From NCBI GenBank assembly GCA_963693365.1, contig CAVNZM010000001.1, positions 2,310,907 through 2,374,906 of the forward strand: a stretch of DNA of 64,000 nt, given 5' to 3'. Positions 1 to 15,262 of this stretch are shown here, piece by piece. Position numbers and translations under genes: made by a program. The notes under the pieces are model-generated. The model did not search any database and was not told the origin of the DNA. It was given only the letters and a program-made list of their open reading frames with translations. This DNA comes from Amoebidium appalachense (lineage: Eukaryota; Protista; Ichthyosporea). Position 1 is the stretch's first letter; every line of letters begins with the position of its first letter.

Positions 1-97
1 AGAGAGAGGGAGAGAGAGAAAGAGAGAGAGGAAGGAGAGAGAGAGAGAGGGAGCGAGAGAGAGAGAGAGAGGAGGGAGAGAGAGAAAGACAGAAAGC

Positions 98-128
<31 letters not shown>

Positions 129-264
129 AGGGAGGGAGGGAGGGACGGAGAGAGAGAGAGAGTGACAGAGGGAGGGAGAGAGGCGTAGATGGGCGTAGCA
201 AACCACCTATGGCGAGAGCAAGCACCCCAACTGCCATACACCGAGCACAGGCACCAGTGCCTAC

Positions 265-548
265 CAGCAGTGGCCGAATCATTCTCAGCAGTGATGCCGC
301 GTTGCCGAAATCTCCCAACTGTCCACATGCCTTCACCAATGGCTGAAATGGCAAAATGCCAAATGAGTCTTCGGAATAGATTATGGGGGGTGACGGGAGG
401 GGGAGGGGAGGAGAAGGGGAAAGGGGGGGGAGGGGGGGGAGGGGGGGGGGATGACGGGAGGGGGAGGGGAGGAGAAGGCGAAAGGGGCAGGGCATGAGAG
501 ATGTAGAAGATGCAGGGTGCATAACAAAACAGCGGAAAATGTGTGTAG

Positions 549-589
<41 letters not shown>

Positions 590-708
590 GTTCACAAGCG
601 TGCATGCCCCCAGGTGCCACAGCGTTCGAGACGAGAATAACTGGCCAATAAGAGCATTTGTTCGCAATATAAACAGAAACGTTGCTCGCACGAGAGCCCT
701 GGAGCACA

Positions 709-739
<31 letters not shown>

Positions 740-1505
740 GTGTGTTTGGGGGGGGGGGGGGGGGGGTTTGAATGCGTCAAAAAGTACGAAGTACACAAGA
801 ACAAACGGATAACACGATGCAGAATGCAAGCCATACATAAAGAGTATGCATAATAAGCAGAGCCCATCCTCAGGGGGGGCCCACGTCATCCACAGTACCC
901 GAGTTTCGGCCTATTCACCTCGTTAACGAAACCCAACTCAGATAATGTTTCACTTGAACATGGGTAGGTCACCCGTCTTGATCAGAGACGAGCAGGGTTG
1001 CTTATGCAGGCAAGGGCAGTGGGAAAGGCCGGGGGTTAAAGTTGCAGCAGTAAGCAGAAGCAAGAAAAATACAGATAGGAACTCAGGAGACGGGGCTTCT
1101 AGGAAGCTCTCCCGTCGATACCTAAGTCGATACTTCCCTGGCTAACATACTACACCAGCTGAAAAGAATTAAGTCCCGAAGGCCGCAGAATTCGCAATCA
1201 GAGGGGAAAATATGAGATTTGACCCACGCCGCAGGGTAGTAACACGCTTACTAGGGCGGAACTTTATCGTCTTCGAACGGAAAGCTATGCCCCCGGATGT
1301 CAGCCGGAAATATGGTATCACCCATTGCTTTGGGCTTGAAAAAGCCAAACCGATAGTCCCCGGGGGGGGGGGGGGGGGGGGGGGGGGGATAGAATGCGTT
1401 ACAAGAGCACAATTCAAGGACACACAATGCACACAAAAAAAATCCCCACACAAATGGTAGGCATCATAAGGAAAGCCCTTTCCCAGGGTGGTCCCAGGAG
1501 AACCA

Positions 1506-1537
<32 letters not shown>

Positions 1538-1769
1538 ATACCTTGAACACTTCAACAGTCAATGATGGGTTCGGTATGTCTTTCTGTAAACAAAAACCCG
1601 TCAGAAGGCGACATGAGAAAATCGCCTCGTGTGTATGTGTCCGTGCCCGTTTACGTGTGCATGGGGGCCAGGAAGGAAGGGGGGAGGGGAGAGGCTGTTG
1701 TGTACTCCAAACCCACAAAAACCCCTGCCCCACACACTAATATGACCTTAACATCTATCAGCATACTAC

Positions 1770-1813
<44 letters not shown>

Positions 1814-2063
1814 AAAAAAGTCACATACAGCGACGAAGGCGGTGTGAAAAAAGAAAACGGACCCAGGGATCGTTAGGTGTTGATTGGGGACGTGTGTGAT
1901 TGTTTGGATGCGTATGTGTGCGTGTGTTTGGGGTGGGGCAAATAGTACGACTGGTAAAGAAAGCACAATACAGTGCAATACAAAGATGCACGATCATTTT
2001 TCAGCACATGCAAAAATGAACACACAGTGATATATTAAGTGGAAGAGGGTGGTGGTGTTGGTG

Positions 2064-2102
<39 letters not shown>

Positions 2103-2331
2103 CGCGCGTGGCGGAGGGGAAGATAGGTGGTATGTAGGTACCTTTGTGTTTTTGAGCAGTGCCAGGGCATCATCCACCAACTGCAGTCTGGCCAGAGCAG
2201 AAACAGCCACAGACAGAAACTGGGCACTGGGCCCTACCCCCGGGTGTTGCTGCATGCCATTAGATTAGCACAAAGTAATGGAGTCCATGCCGCGTAGAGC
2301 ACGACACACACACACACACACACACCACACA

Positions 2332-2427
<96 letters not shown>

Positions 2428-2431
2428 CACA

Positions 2432-2475
<44 letters not shown>

Positions 2476-5215
2476 CACGCGCGCACGCGCACACACACAG
2501 AATTAAGGGAGAGAAACAGGCACAAGACAAGCATACAGAAAAACAGACACATCCACAGAGGCACAGACACACACAGGAACAGGCACAGGTACACATTGCT
2601 TTCCCAACCACCACCACCCTCTAAGCACTGACCTGCTTCCACACATCCTTTCATTTTAAGGTGGAGGGGGGTCCAATCTGTGCCCCCGCCAAATCGATCA
2701 TAGACCCCCCTGGATCAAGGAAAAGCGCACAGCTCGCACCTGCGGCTGAAATTTCGGTTCGCAAGGAAACTACGGCACCTCGACAGCGGCCGTGCGGCCG
2801 AGACTATCGCCTCAAAAAAAAAAACTCAATTATAAACCCCCCCCTATATTCCTAAGACAGCCGAGGTCCCCATACTTCATCTCTCCTGTGTGGGGACTTG
2901 GTCTTCTGGCCCATAAGTAAAACTGGTTTTTCAAAACAATGATTATGTAGCATGCGAGATCAATGTTTTTGGGATTAGCCGATCTTATACCAAAAAAATA
3001 ATTTAACCTTATTTTTTGTGGTTTAAGGGGTGGTATCCTGGGTGCCGCTTGCAGTAATTACTATCTGTCTTCATTACATAGCCGCTAAACTGGTGTCGAG
3101 TCTCTTACCGAGCGGGTATAGAGGGACCCGAAAAGAGCAACTATGGGGATCTGATCCTCCTGTCGTATGGCGCGATCTGAATGCATTGCGTGATTAGCTT
3201 CAAATTTGGCTGGAAAACTAAATCCGGCTTGACCAATAGAACAATCTAAAGTGTTGTTGGTGCGGCGATCAGAAAAATATTTATTTACTCCGTAGTTATT
3301 CGATCATTTTTATGCTGGTTTCAGTATACACGTTCAGCGACAATTGACCTCTGCCGGCAGATCAGTATGCGCTTTCTTGTATTTGATGTAAATCATACAT
3401 GTAAATAACCTGTAAACAACAGCCATTTGGACACTGTTTATAGAGGGTATCGTGTACAACAAGTGCACACGCAGTTCAGCGCCAGAAGATATAGAGTTAT
3501 CAGTTGTGAGAAGCATAAAAAGCACTATTTCGTGCAATTTTTCTGTAAGAAAATTGATATATTGTGTGATAATGACATTCAATTAGTTTGCTCACGCAAT
3601 TCCTGGTGGAAAGGCTCGTCGCAAAAAAAAGTGAAAACCGGCTCAGCCCTACAGGTGTTGCCACCCTCTCAACGAAATGCCCATGCTCTATACCTGGGAT
3701 GTTCTGTGCTTGTGTTTTCCGGGTGATAGCGTGAAAAAGTATGGATGGGTGCTTTATGACAATCACGACCCCTAGATAGGGGGTCCTACCTGGGTTGTTT
3801 TGCAGACTTTTGGCTTTCTTCTTTCTTTGTGTGCATATTTTCGTATACCCTTCATGAGCTTTCCGAAGATAAATGTGCAGCACACGCGCCTGGAGGTCCC
3901 AATTTTTTGTTCTGCTGCACCATGGGTGAAAGGGGTTTTATTCGCCCGTCTGTTCGCGGCCTACCTATTCTTTTCGACACGGACAACCCTAAAACCAGGC
4001 AATGAAAACTGAGTCATGTTTGAAGAACAACACCACTGGCATACGCATGATCCCGTGGCATAGCAATAGCCAATCATCGCATATCTAATAAAGCTCTGCC
4101 TTATGGTTGGGTTGCAATCATCGTGCTTTGTACCTTCCCGCCGAAATGGTGCCTCTAGCCAATCGCAATCAATTGAGAAACATTAGCATGATCTAAAGGA
4201 TTTTAGCGGTTTAGCAACAAAATGCCGCCGTCTGATCGGATCGGAGGCCAATTATGATTTTGACTCTATTCTCCGCCTTATTCAATTAATCCTAAAGGTC
4301 AAGATACAAAAAACACAACCAAAAGCACTCAGCATTACACTAACCTCAGCTAAGGATGTGAGGATAGTGGATACCATGCCTTTGGTACGTAGAGTTCTAT
4401 CAGTTAACATTGCAGCAACGTGCACGTTTGCCCATATCTCACGCTTGTCTAAACATACCACAATAATGAGAGGGCACGGAGGGGGCGTTTGTGCAACAAC
4501 ATATACCCACAAACCTAACAGCACCACAAATCACGTGAGCACTAAGGGCGTGTTTGGCAGCCGAAAATAATCGTATTCGTGTCATTTTGCGAAAAGACGA
4601 ATAATCGTGTTCACAAAATTATTTTGCGGTATGCGTCTTTAGGGGTAATGATACGATTGTGGCGTACCAAACATGCCTATTTTTTTTGTAGAAACACGCT
4701 CCCGCTTCGACATCGACAAAAAATCTCGATACAACAAAAGAATGTGAAATATCATCTTTTGTACGATTTCATTGGTAGTCGTTTGACCATCGTAAATTAT
4801 AATAGCTAAGCAAATCGATTGGCTAAAAGTTATATCGTGTTTTCGAAAATCACCTCCGGAGGTGATTTCGAAAAAACGATATAACTTCGATGTCCAACGT
4901 CTTTATCGTGTCCGGAAAGCTGTGGCGTGTTTGGCATGACACATTTTTGGAATCGTGTCATTACGCGAAAAGACGAATACGATAAAGACACGATATAGCT
5001 GCGCTGCCAAACACGCCCTAACCCAAAAGACCTATGTACGCACTCAACCTCATCCACTCTTACACCCGTGTAATCTCTATTATTTTCCCACTGCAGCATG
5101 GGTGTGATGAGCCATACACAACAAGATATGGACACGTGCAGCTTCTAACCACACAGTAACCAACACCCAGGTACCAAACATACACACCCGGGGGGGGAGG
5201 GGAGGAGGAGGAGGA

Positions 5216-5247
<32 letters not shown>

Positions 5248-6205
5248 TAACTCACATTTGCCATTACGGTACTGATGAGCCGTTGAGTCCTGTCGACGTC
5301 CCCCCACCCACTGAAGAAGTGAAGCATGGCAGAGAGCATCGAGATACTGGGTGTGACTCCTGTTGTGCGTGTGCGCGTGCGCGTGCGTGCGTGTGTGTGT
5401 GTGTGTGTGTATAGGCGTGTGTGTGTTCACATGCCCCCTCGGGTGGCACTTACACGTGTATATGTGCATGTGTGAGTGTGTGATTGTGACAAAAACATAT
5501 AAGGAGAACCATTCATCAAGCATTAGACTTGCACGGTTATGACGGAGATAGACATCCTCTAAAAGAATAAGCATACAGAAATATAGCTGGGACAGCACGT
5601 GACTGTAAAAGAAATATTTCAGATAACTGTTCCAATCCTACGAGCCAGGGAGTGCTATGGCTACCTCAGTAAAATGAATTGGGCTTCCCATATCAGAACT
5701 CAGCATAATACCCCCCCCCCCCCCCCCCCCCCTTTAGACACTCCCTCATTATCGTCCTCACAAATTGGCACACACACTGACGCGTGCACGTGCACCCCCA
5801 GGTGCAAACACATGCACACCCACACTGATAGCACGCCACCCACCCACACCTATTCAGGTCCAACATCATCATACTTATTCAATACTCAAAAAAAAAAAAA
5901 AAAAAAAAAAAAAAAGGAGGGGAGGGGGGAGGGGGGGGAATGCACAGGAACCTACCAGCACGTTCCATCTCCCTGACCACCTCCACGGAATTGACCGAGT
6001 CACCCAGGCCACCGTATGCGCCAAACAGCAGGGCGTAGACCCTGTCTGTGACTGCAAACCCAGCACTGGCCAGACCGCTGAGCACTGGTAGTAGCTGGGG
6101 CACACTGGGGGCGGCACCCTGCCGGTCGGTGAACACGGGCACACCCAGGTTGTGGTTGGCATCAATCAAGGCTGCAATGCTGTAGGTTTATGTGTTAGTG
6201 TGTGT

Positions 6206-6266
<61 letters not shown>

Positions 6267-7535
6267 AGTGTATGTGTGTGTCTGCTTGATTATGTGTCTC
6301 CCTCCATGTCTCTATCTATCCCCCCCCCCCCCAAAAAAAAATAAAAAAATAAATAAATAAATAAATAAAATGAAATAAAATAAAAAAATCCCTCTTTTTC
6401 TCTGCCCTTCCCCTCCCTATATCTCCCGCACTCTCCTCCTCCCTCCCTTCACTTCTCTGCCCGGGGGGGGGAGGGGGGGGGGGGGGGGGGGGGGGGGGGA
6501 AGGAGGAGGAGGAGGAGGAGGAGGAGGAGGAGGAGGAGGGAGGGGGGGGGGGGGGGGGGGGACGCGATAGTAAATCACGAGGCAACTCCCAACCTACAAC
6601 TATATTCACCGTATGCAAAAAAATGGGGAAGGCGACATTCACACACCTGTGTACTGTGCCGATATCAGGCACGACCTTTTGGTCCGCCATGTGGCCCAGC
6701 GCAGCAACCACCCCGTCCACATCCCCCCTCACTGCCTGCCCGTACACTAGAGCATTCCAGGCCCGGTGGCTCAGTCCCTGAAGAAACAATGTGTGTGTTG
6801 TGTGTCAAATTGTTGCACGACATCGCCCCCCTCCTCCCCCCCCCCCCCCCCCCCCCCCCTTCCCCCTCCCCTCCTCCCCCCCCTTTCCCTGGGAGGCCCA
6901 AAAACCCCACAGCCCAACATCCCCAACCACTAACCTACCACTGCACCTCGAACACCCACCTTCCATTCCCCTTTCAAAACCCACCCCATTTCACCCAATC
7001 CCTCTTCTCCTTGCACCTTCCACATTCCCCACCAATCCACAAATATTCACGTCAACCTTGCACAATACCCAAACTCCCTCTCAGCCCCCATTCAAACCTT
7101 TCAACCCCCCTCCCCCCCCTTCGTCCCGTTGCGGAAACCTCACACTTTTGTTTGCCACAGAGAATAGTTCCCAAACAGTAGGGAGAATGTGCTATTCAGA
7201 AAACATGCACCCCCCCCCCCCCCCCCCCCCCCCCCCTCCTTTTCCCCCCAAACTTCTCTGGCAACCTGCTCCTTCCTTTCACCTCAAAGTTCAATTTTTA
7301 TCAACTACCAATACCATATTGATTCACCCATGCAGGCACCTACCTCATTGGACAGGTACTGCTTGCACACAGCCTCTGCTCCCTCCACGTCACCCTTTGC
7401 CGCATGTGCCCAGACGAGTGACTCGTACGTGCGAACTGTGGGCTTCAGCCCTCTTCCCTCCATATCTGTGTGCACCATTGATTGTGTGAGGTTCAATTTG
7501 TGTACGTGTGTAGGTGAGTACGTGAGTACGTGAGT

Positions 7536-7624
<89 letters not shown>

Positions 7625-7860
7625 TGCGTGTGTGTGCGTGTGTGTGTGTGTGTGTGTTAGGCCGTGCTGGGTTGCATCCCACTCCATGCCGCTTTGCAAT
7701 CGCTGGTCATGGTTATGCATACACCCCTACCACCCCTTCCGTTTACCTGCCTACACACACCCGAGGAAGGGGTGGGGAGAGAATGGATGAAATTGTGTGC
7801 GTGTCTGTATGTGGGTTTATCGTGTTATAGAGTACGAGTACACATTCATGGCTCATAACA

Positions 7861-7899
<39 letters not shown>

Positions 7900-7914
7900 C
7901 GTGTGCGTGCGTGC

Positions 7915-7975
<61 letters not shown>

Positions 7976-8449
7976 CATGGGGGGGGGGGGGGGGGGGGGG
8001 GGGGGAGTGCGTCACAGAGTATGAAGTACTTATCTACGACAAACATCTCAGTAGATTTTGGGGGAGGGGGGGGGGGGGGGGGGGGGGGGGGAGGGGGAGG
8101 GTCTCAACAGAAGGGGGCCGACAAATAGAATTGAGCACGCACCTTGTATGAGCTCCAAGATTGCATCTGCATCCCCCCACCGTGCATACCCAGCCATGAT
8201 TGCATTGTACAGGGGGGCATCGGGTGCACACAGTCCCTCCCTGCGCATGCCACTGAACAGGCGCACGGCACCCCTACCGTCCCCTGCCTGAACAAATGAC
8301 GTGACAAGCACGGTGTAGGTTTGCGTGTCTGGTGTAATGCCCATCTCACGCATCTGTGGGGGTGTAGGGATGAAACACCGGTCAGTCTTGTGTGTTTGTT
8401 TGGGGGGGGGGGGGGGGGGGGGGGGGGGGAGGGGGGAGGGGCTGTTTGC

Positions 8450-8480
<31 letters not shown>

Positions 8481-8883
8481 GCGTGGGGGGGGGGGGGGGG
8501 GGGGGAGGGGGGGAGGCATTGTTTGTGTGTGGTGTGTTTCTTGTATTCAGTGTGTGTGTGTGTGTGTGTGTGTGCATTGTGTCTCTTCGCCTTACTCTCT
8601 CCGTGTATGTTATGTGTGTGCATGAACACTTCAATGCTTTCCAAGCGAGCGTGCAGGTCCACTCGTGCACCCTGCTTTGTGCATTTATATCCATGCTGTT
8701 TTTCAACCAATCACAATACGTCGAAAGTGAGCACTTCTCATCAAACATACATACAAGCAGGGAAAAAGGCGCACGCGCACGCGCACGCGCACGCACGCAC
8801 TCACGCACAGACGCACACACATACTACTCTGTTTCTCTCTCACACCCTCTTCTCTCCCCCTCCCCCCCCTCCCCTCCCCCCCC

Positions 8884-8954
<71 letters not shown>

Positions 8955-9671
8955 CATGCACGTACCCTGCAGTAGAGGCTCAGTGCATCGTATCTGTTTC
9001 TGCGGCCCAGCACCTTCAGCAGGGTGTTGAACATGGTCGTGTTGGGCATCAGCAGCGTCTGTGGGTGGTTCATTCGTCAATAAGCGTGCCATGTGTGTGT
9101 GTGCGTGTGTGTGTGTATGTGTGTGTGTGTTGGGGGGGGGGGGGGGGGGGAGGGGGGGAGAGGGGGAGAGACAGTTTGATGTAGTATTTTTGTGTGTGTG
9201 TGTGGGAGGGGGGGGGGGGGGTTTGAATGCGTTAAAAAGTACGAAGTACACAAGAACAAACGGATAACACGATGCAGAATGCAAGCCATACATAAAGAGT
9301 ATGCATAATAAGCAGAGCCCATCCTCAGGGGGGGCCCACGTCATCCACAGTACCCGAGTTTCGACCTATTCCCCTCGTTAACGAAACCCAACTCAGATAC
9401 TGTTTCACTTGAACATGAGTAGGTCACCCGTCTTGATCAGAGACGAGCAGGGTTGCTTATGCAGGCAAGGGCAGTGGGAAAGGCCGGGGGTTAAAGTTGC
9501 AGCAGTAAGCAGAAGCAAGAAAAATATAGATAGGAACTCAGGAGACGGGGCTTCTAGGAAGCTCCCCCGTCGATACCTAAGTCGATACTTCCCTGGGGGG
9601 GGGGGGGGGGGGGGGGGGGCAGTAAAGGAAGAGACAGTTGGAATGTAGTGTGTGTGTGTGTGTGTGTGTGA

Positions 9672-9704
<33 letters not shown>

Positions 9705-10371
9705 AGATATACTATGTGGTAGTTAGTGGTGGCAGAGGGGGGAGGGGGGAGGGACGGAGGAGGGGGGAGAGCGAGGAGAGTTCTAAAGAGAGGAACAGAT
9801 CGCGTGTGCACACCGGCACCCGTGTGTTGTGGACGCCTGTCTGCTCGTGTGAGCATGCATGCGTGGTTGTGTGTGCGTCTATGTGCACATGTGCTTTGTG
9901 TGCTTGCATTTGTACATATGTGCGGGCTGCGCAAAATCACCATACGCACCTTCTGTAAAGCCCTGACGACAAAGTGCACATCATCAGGACTCTGAAGATG
10001 CGCCAGTGCACCCACTAGTGCAGACATTGCTTCCTGATCCGTGCCCATGCCCTCCTTGTTCATAAGACGCACCAGCCATCTTAACCGTGGACCGTTCCCC
10101 TGCCGACCGTATATGCGCAGGAGGGGAACGGCAATTGTGAGATCCATGGAAAGGCCCGAAGTCTGGTGTGGGATGAGAGAAGTGTTAGAATGTGGCAGTG
10201 CAAGATGGGGTGGGGTTGGTGTTGGTTGATGGCGTGTTGATTGGCTCTTGAGCGAATAAGTGAATGTTGTGCGGCATGTGTGGCAAAGTCATCTGTGTGC
10301 AGGCAGGCATGTGGAGTGACCCAGTAAGGCAGAATGAGCAAAGACACACGCACACACGCACAGCACGCACA

Positions 10372-10402
<31 letters not shown>

Positions 10403-10403
10403 T

Positions 10404-10462
<59 letters not shown>

Positions 10463-11441
10463 CGAACACACACAGGGAGAGAGGGCGAGAAAACTGGGAG
10501 AGAGGGAGGGGGAAGAGAGAGAGAGAGACTGAGAGGAGAAGTGGGGGGGTTTGGGGGGGGGGGGGGGGGGGAGGGGGGGGAAGGAGAACAAGAGGGTGAG
10601 AGTGAGCCAGGGAGGGAAGATGGATGGGCGGGGGGCTATATGGGAGAGAGGGTGGGTCGGAAAGAAGGGAGAGTGGGAGGGAAGGACGATGGATACTGTG
10701 TGAGTGCTTCAAAATGTGTGCTTTATGCGTGTGAACGTGTGCGCACACGTACCTGCATCTGTGTCAACAGTTGATCAGTTAGTCTGTGCCGATGTGTGCG
10801 TGCGGCTGCAGCCAATAGCCAACCGTAGGTGTGGGACATGAATTTCACACCCTGGGCCTCCAAATCCTTCACCACGTGCAGTGCAGATTCCACTCGGTCT
10901 GTGGGGTAACAGGGTTTTAATCGCCAACTCAATTCTACAACAAGGAACGGTGGTCGGAATATTTTTGATCAGAATACCTGGAAATTGCGACTGATTGGTT
11001 GCTGCATAGGGTCACAATAAAAGACATCTAACATTTAACAATCTCCTTTTGAGCAGGCTTGGAAAGCAATCTAACTGATTGTAAGAGGTATGGGTTGAAG
11101 GTGTGTTCTTATGTACGCATACATCATTCGAGTTCTGTGGTAAGTGCAAATAATGTTCATGCGTGCAGATTCAAACCAGCAAAGGGGGGGTATGGAAGAG
11201 AGTATAGCCGGGAATGACGGAGGGAAATAGTGGCAAGCGGCAAGGAAGTTTACGATATATGGAGGCACAGATAAGGGAGGTATTACAGCTACACTGTTTT
11301 CCAAACCGATGAAGAAACAGCCGGAAAGAGGGCGAGAGCGGGGTGAGGGTAAGGAGATCGGGGGAAGGCAGGAAAAGAAGAAAGCAGGATGCTACGAGAG
11401 TGTACGTTTGGGTTTTTTTTTTTGTTTTTGTTTTTTGGAGG

Positions 11442-11479
<38 letters not shown>

Positions 11480-11605
11480 AGGTGAAGGGGAGGGAGGGAG
11501 GAAGAAGAGAGTAAGTGAAAGAGTGAGTGAGACTTAGAGCGGGTGAGTGAGTGAGCGAGTTGAGAGAAAAAAAAAGGCAGAGAGAGAGGGGGGGGGGGAG
11601 AGAGG

Positions 11606-11644
<39 letters not shown>

Positions 11645-11652
11645 GGGGGGGG

Positions 11653-11693
<41 letters not shown>

Positions 11694-11820
11694 AAGAGAG
11701 AGGCAGAGAGGGAGAGGGAGAGAGACAAGAAGCTGTGTGCTTGTGTGTGTGCCATGCATGTGGGTACAACTAAAGAGGGCAAGAGATTTAGAACCAGCGT
11801 CTATGTGCATGTATGCATGC

Positions 11821-11892
<72 letters not shown>

Positions 11893-12061
11893 TATGAATG
11901 TCAGAGAGCCGCAGAGAAAGAGATAAAAAATGTGCGCATGTAGTGTGTGTGTGCCTGCGCGTGCGCCCACATGCATGCCAGAAATACATGAAGATCGAGA
12001 AAAAGAGATTTGTGTGTGCATGTGCATGCGTGTGCGTATTTGTGTGTGTGTGTGCGTGCGT

Positions 12062-12145
<84 letters not shown>

Positions 12146-12328
12146 ACACACATGCACAAGAGACATAGAGACAGTGTGCGCCGTGGACTCCTACCGCAAT
12201 TGCAGTGGGCCTTGACCAGACATGCCCACTCATAGGCCGTGGTGGGGGTCTTCCTGTCGGCCATCACATCTAGCACCTTCTTCACCCCATCCACATCCCC
12301 TGCACCAGGTACCTTAAGAACCGTAACA

Positions 12329-12359
<31 letters not shown>

Positions 12360-13360
12360 ACATCCAAAAAAAAAAAAAAAAAAGAAAAGCACACAAACCC
12401 TAAAACCTTGCCAACAATACTCCACACGACCCAATTATCTGCCCCAAGACGATCTCCACTAACTTCCTTAGCGGATCCCAGTCGTTTCAGCCCCGTTTCC
12501 CACCCTTAAAACACCTACAGTCAATCCACTTCCCTCTTATCGTTCCCTCCCTTCCTACCCCTGGAACAAACCCCCCTCCCCCCCCCCCCCCCCCCCCCCC
12601 CCCCCACACACACACCCACACACCTCCCTCTCGTTTCTAACCCCTACCCCACCCCCTACACACCACCACCAGCACCAAACATACACCACACGACCTCTGC
12701 CCCCCACCACTCGATCCCATCACTTCACATTCCAGCAAACATATGCCCCTACCCCTCCATCAACATGTTATTCCCCTTACACACAACTCTGCAACCCATT
12801 TCTAAACCCTACAAAATTACCGCGATGCAAGGAAAAGATCACACACCACCGACATCCATAAAACCTACCATCATAGGCAAAGGCACGAAGTATTGGCCGG
12901 AGAAACTCCCTCGAAATCTGAACCGACCCTTCCCTCTCCCACCCGAGCAGCATTTCTAGACCTTCCGCAGGTCTATGTGCCGCCCCATAGCAACCAAGCA
13001 CAGACACGAGCGCCGACCGCTCCTTCTCCAATCCCATCTCTTCCGCACGTGAGAGGTATTTTAACGCAAGCTCGACGTTTGCGGATAAAGCACACATTCC
13101 GAGCATCTGCTTTAATGACTTGCGCCCAAGCAGGTTGCCGTGCCGACTTTCATACCGGGCCATTAAAGAGTGTGCCGTGTGCACATCCATCTTCTTGGCG
13201 GCGCATGTTTCCAGGAGGACACCTATGTGCCTGTGAAGAGAGATGCATTTAAATGAGCAAGATGAGGACTCAAAATGACAGTCACAACACCCTTCCTCTC
13301 TCCACCCTTCTTTCGAGTCTTTTTTTTTGTATTATTTTCTTGTTAAGAGGGTGTGTGTGT

Positions 13361-13424
<64 letters not shown>

Positions 13425-14123
13425 AGAGGGGCTAGGGAACATGAGAGATGCGGGGAATGGCAGGTGGAGCATAATACAAGGATATACAAGTAGCAGTGTT
13501 GACTGGCGAAAAAATGTGTTTGCGGGTGTTCCTGCATGCATACATGTGTTTGTGCAAGTGTGCTGTGTTGAGCAAGAACTGATCCATGGGATGTCGAACT
13601 GGTGAAGGGATGGTTGTCGATTGAAGCACTCTCCCACAAAAAAAAAAATTCTTCTGGCTCAAAGATGTTGAAAGCAGGTATAAAATGGGCGGGCTGGGTA
13701 GCCATGCTTCTGCCAGCTAAAAAAATGGTCGGAGCAGGGTGCATACCTTGACGTCACAGCCACCCCCCTCTCCTCCATGAGTGATATCACCCCCACCGCC
13801 CCTCTGTACCCGCGCACTTCCGCAGCAGCCTTTAACAACATGTAGAACCCATCGTCATTGAGCAACGTGGGACCGTGACCCCTTTGCTCAAGTTCAGAAA
13901 CGAGCGTGTTCACATCGTTGTTTAGTTGAAGGTGTTGGCGGGAGATGGGGAGGAGAATGGATGGAAAGGGCGCCTGCGACGTGCGCTCGCGGTAGATTTC
14001 TGTGATGAAAACAGGGTGTGAGGTGACGGTCAGAGAGACAGTAGAACCAAACAACATAATTCGGGGGCTAGAATAAGTGAAATCTCGATCCTCCCATTTG
14101 CCCCCCTCCCCCCTCCCCCCCCC

Positions 14124-14154
<31 letters not shown>

Positions 14155-14919
14155 AGACACATACTTGTGCTGTTCCCTTTGGGAATCTTGAAACCACTAA
14201 TATAACCCTCTCCCTCTCCCTCCTCTTCCCCTCTTGCCATCAAACCCGAATCACCTCCTTCTCCCCCCCTCCCCCCTCCCCCCCCCCCCCCTCTTCTTTG
14301 ATCGAACGGGCACTAGTTGTAGGTCGTAGGGAAGCTGATTCAGAGTAGGATTATTTCTCTCTTTCTTTTTCCTTATCATTATTTTTTGGAAGAGCGAGGC
14401 GGGGAAGGCCGGGCGGGGTGGGAGGGGGGGGGGGGGGGTTTTGAATGCGGAACACAGTACGAAGTACGCATACACGATGAGAAGCATGGTGCAGGACACA
14501 TGCAAAGGCAAACATTCAAGTATGCAGCATCAGCCATGCGCACAGTATGCGTCATAAGCAGAGCCCATCCTCAGGGAGGGCCCAAGTCATCAATTGCGTC
14601 TGAGTTTCGACCCCTTAGCCCGCGTATATACGAGGAGGAGGGGGGGGGGGGGGGGGGGGGGGGGGGCAAGAGGACAGGAAAGTGACAAAAAATTGGAGAC
14701 GGCATTCAACCGGGCAAGGGAAAGACTTGGAGAGAGAGGGAGAGAAAAGTGAGGGGATGGGGGGAGTGGGGTGGGTGGGTGGAGGGGGACTAATTTATGG
14801 CCATTTGAGTAGCACAACTGCAGCAGATCTATCAAGTCATTGACCTATGCCATTGGAAGTTAATGCGTGGAGTAAAGGGTAAACAATGATCAATGAAGTG
14901 TGTGTGTAGGTGTGTGTAG

Positions 14920-15007
<88 letters not shown>

Positions 15008-15143
15008 CATGCGGGTGAGAGGGGGGGGGGGGGGGGGGGGGGGGGGACTATGGCACAGTCTAAAGAAAAAAATACAATAATCATCCACAACGGGAAAAGC
15101 AGACTAACACACAAAGTAGTGCAGACCGAGAGTTTTTTTTTTT

Positions 15144-15174
<31 letters not shown>

Positions 15175-15214
15175 GGGGGGGCAATAAAGAGACAACTTTC
15201 CGCTCCCCCCCTCC

Positions 15215-15262
<48 letters not shown>

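Noticed and set aside
855-890. SECIS element (ATGAC followed by a hairpin)
   Set aside because: No 3' GA to complete the quartet and no AAR loop, and it sits in intronic repeats rather than a selenoprotein 3' UTR.
860-1000. Hammerhead ribozyme / Penelope-like element, suggested by CTGAGGA and GAAAC on the minus strand
   Set aside because: I could not build stems I and II around the core in a valid topology. It is kept only as an unexplained conserved motif.
14790-14845. Extra PPR exon ([12 protein letters not shown]...)
   Set aside because: The flanking exons ending at 15533 and starting at 13999 already join in frame (DAFA-E-IYRE), and no clear donor is present.
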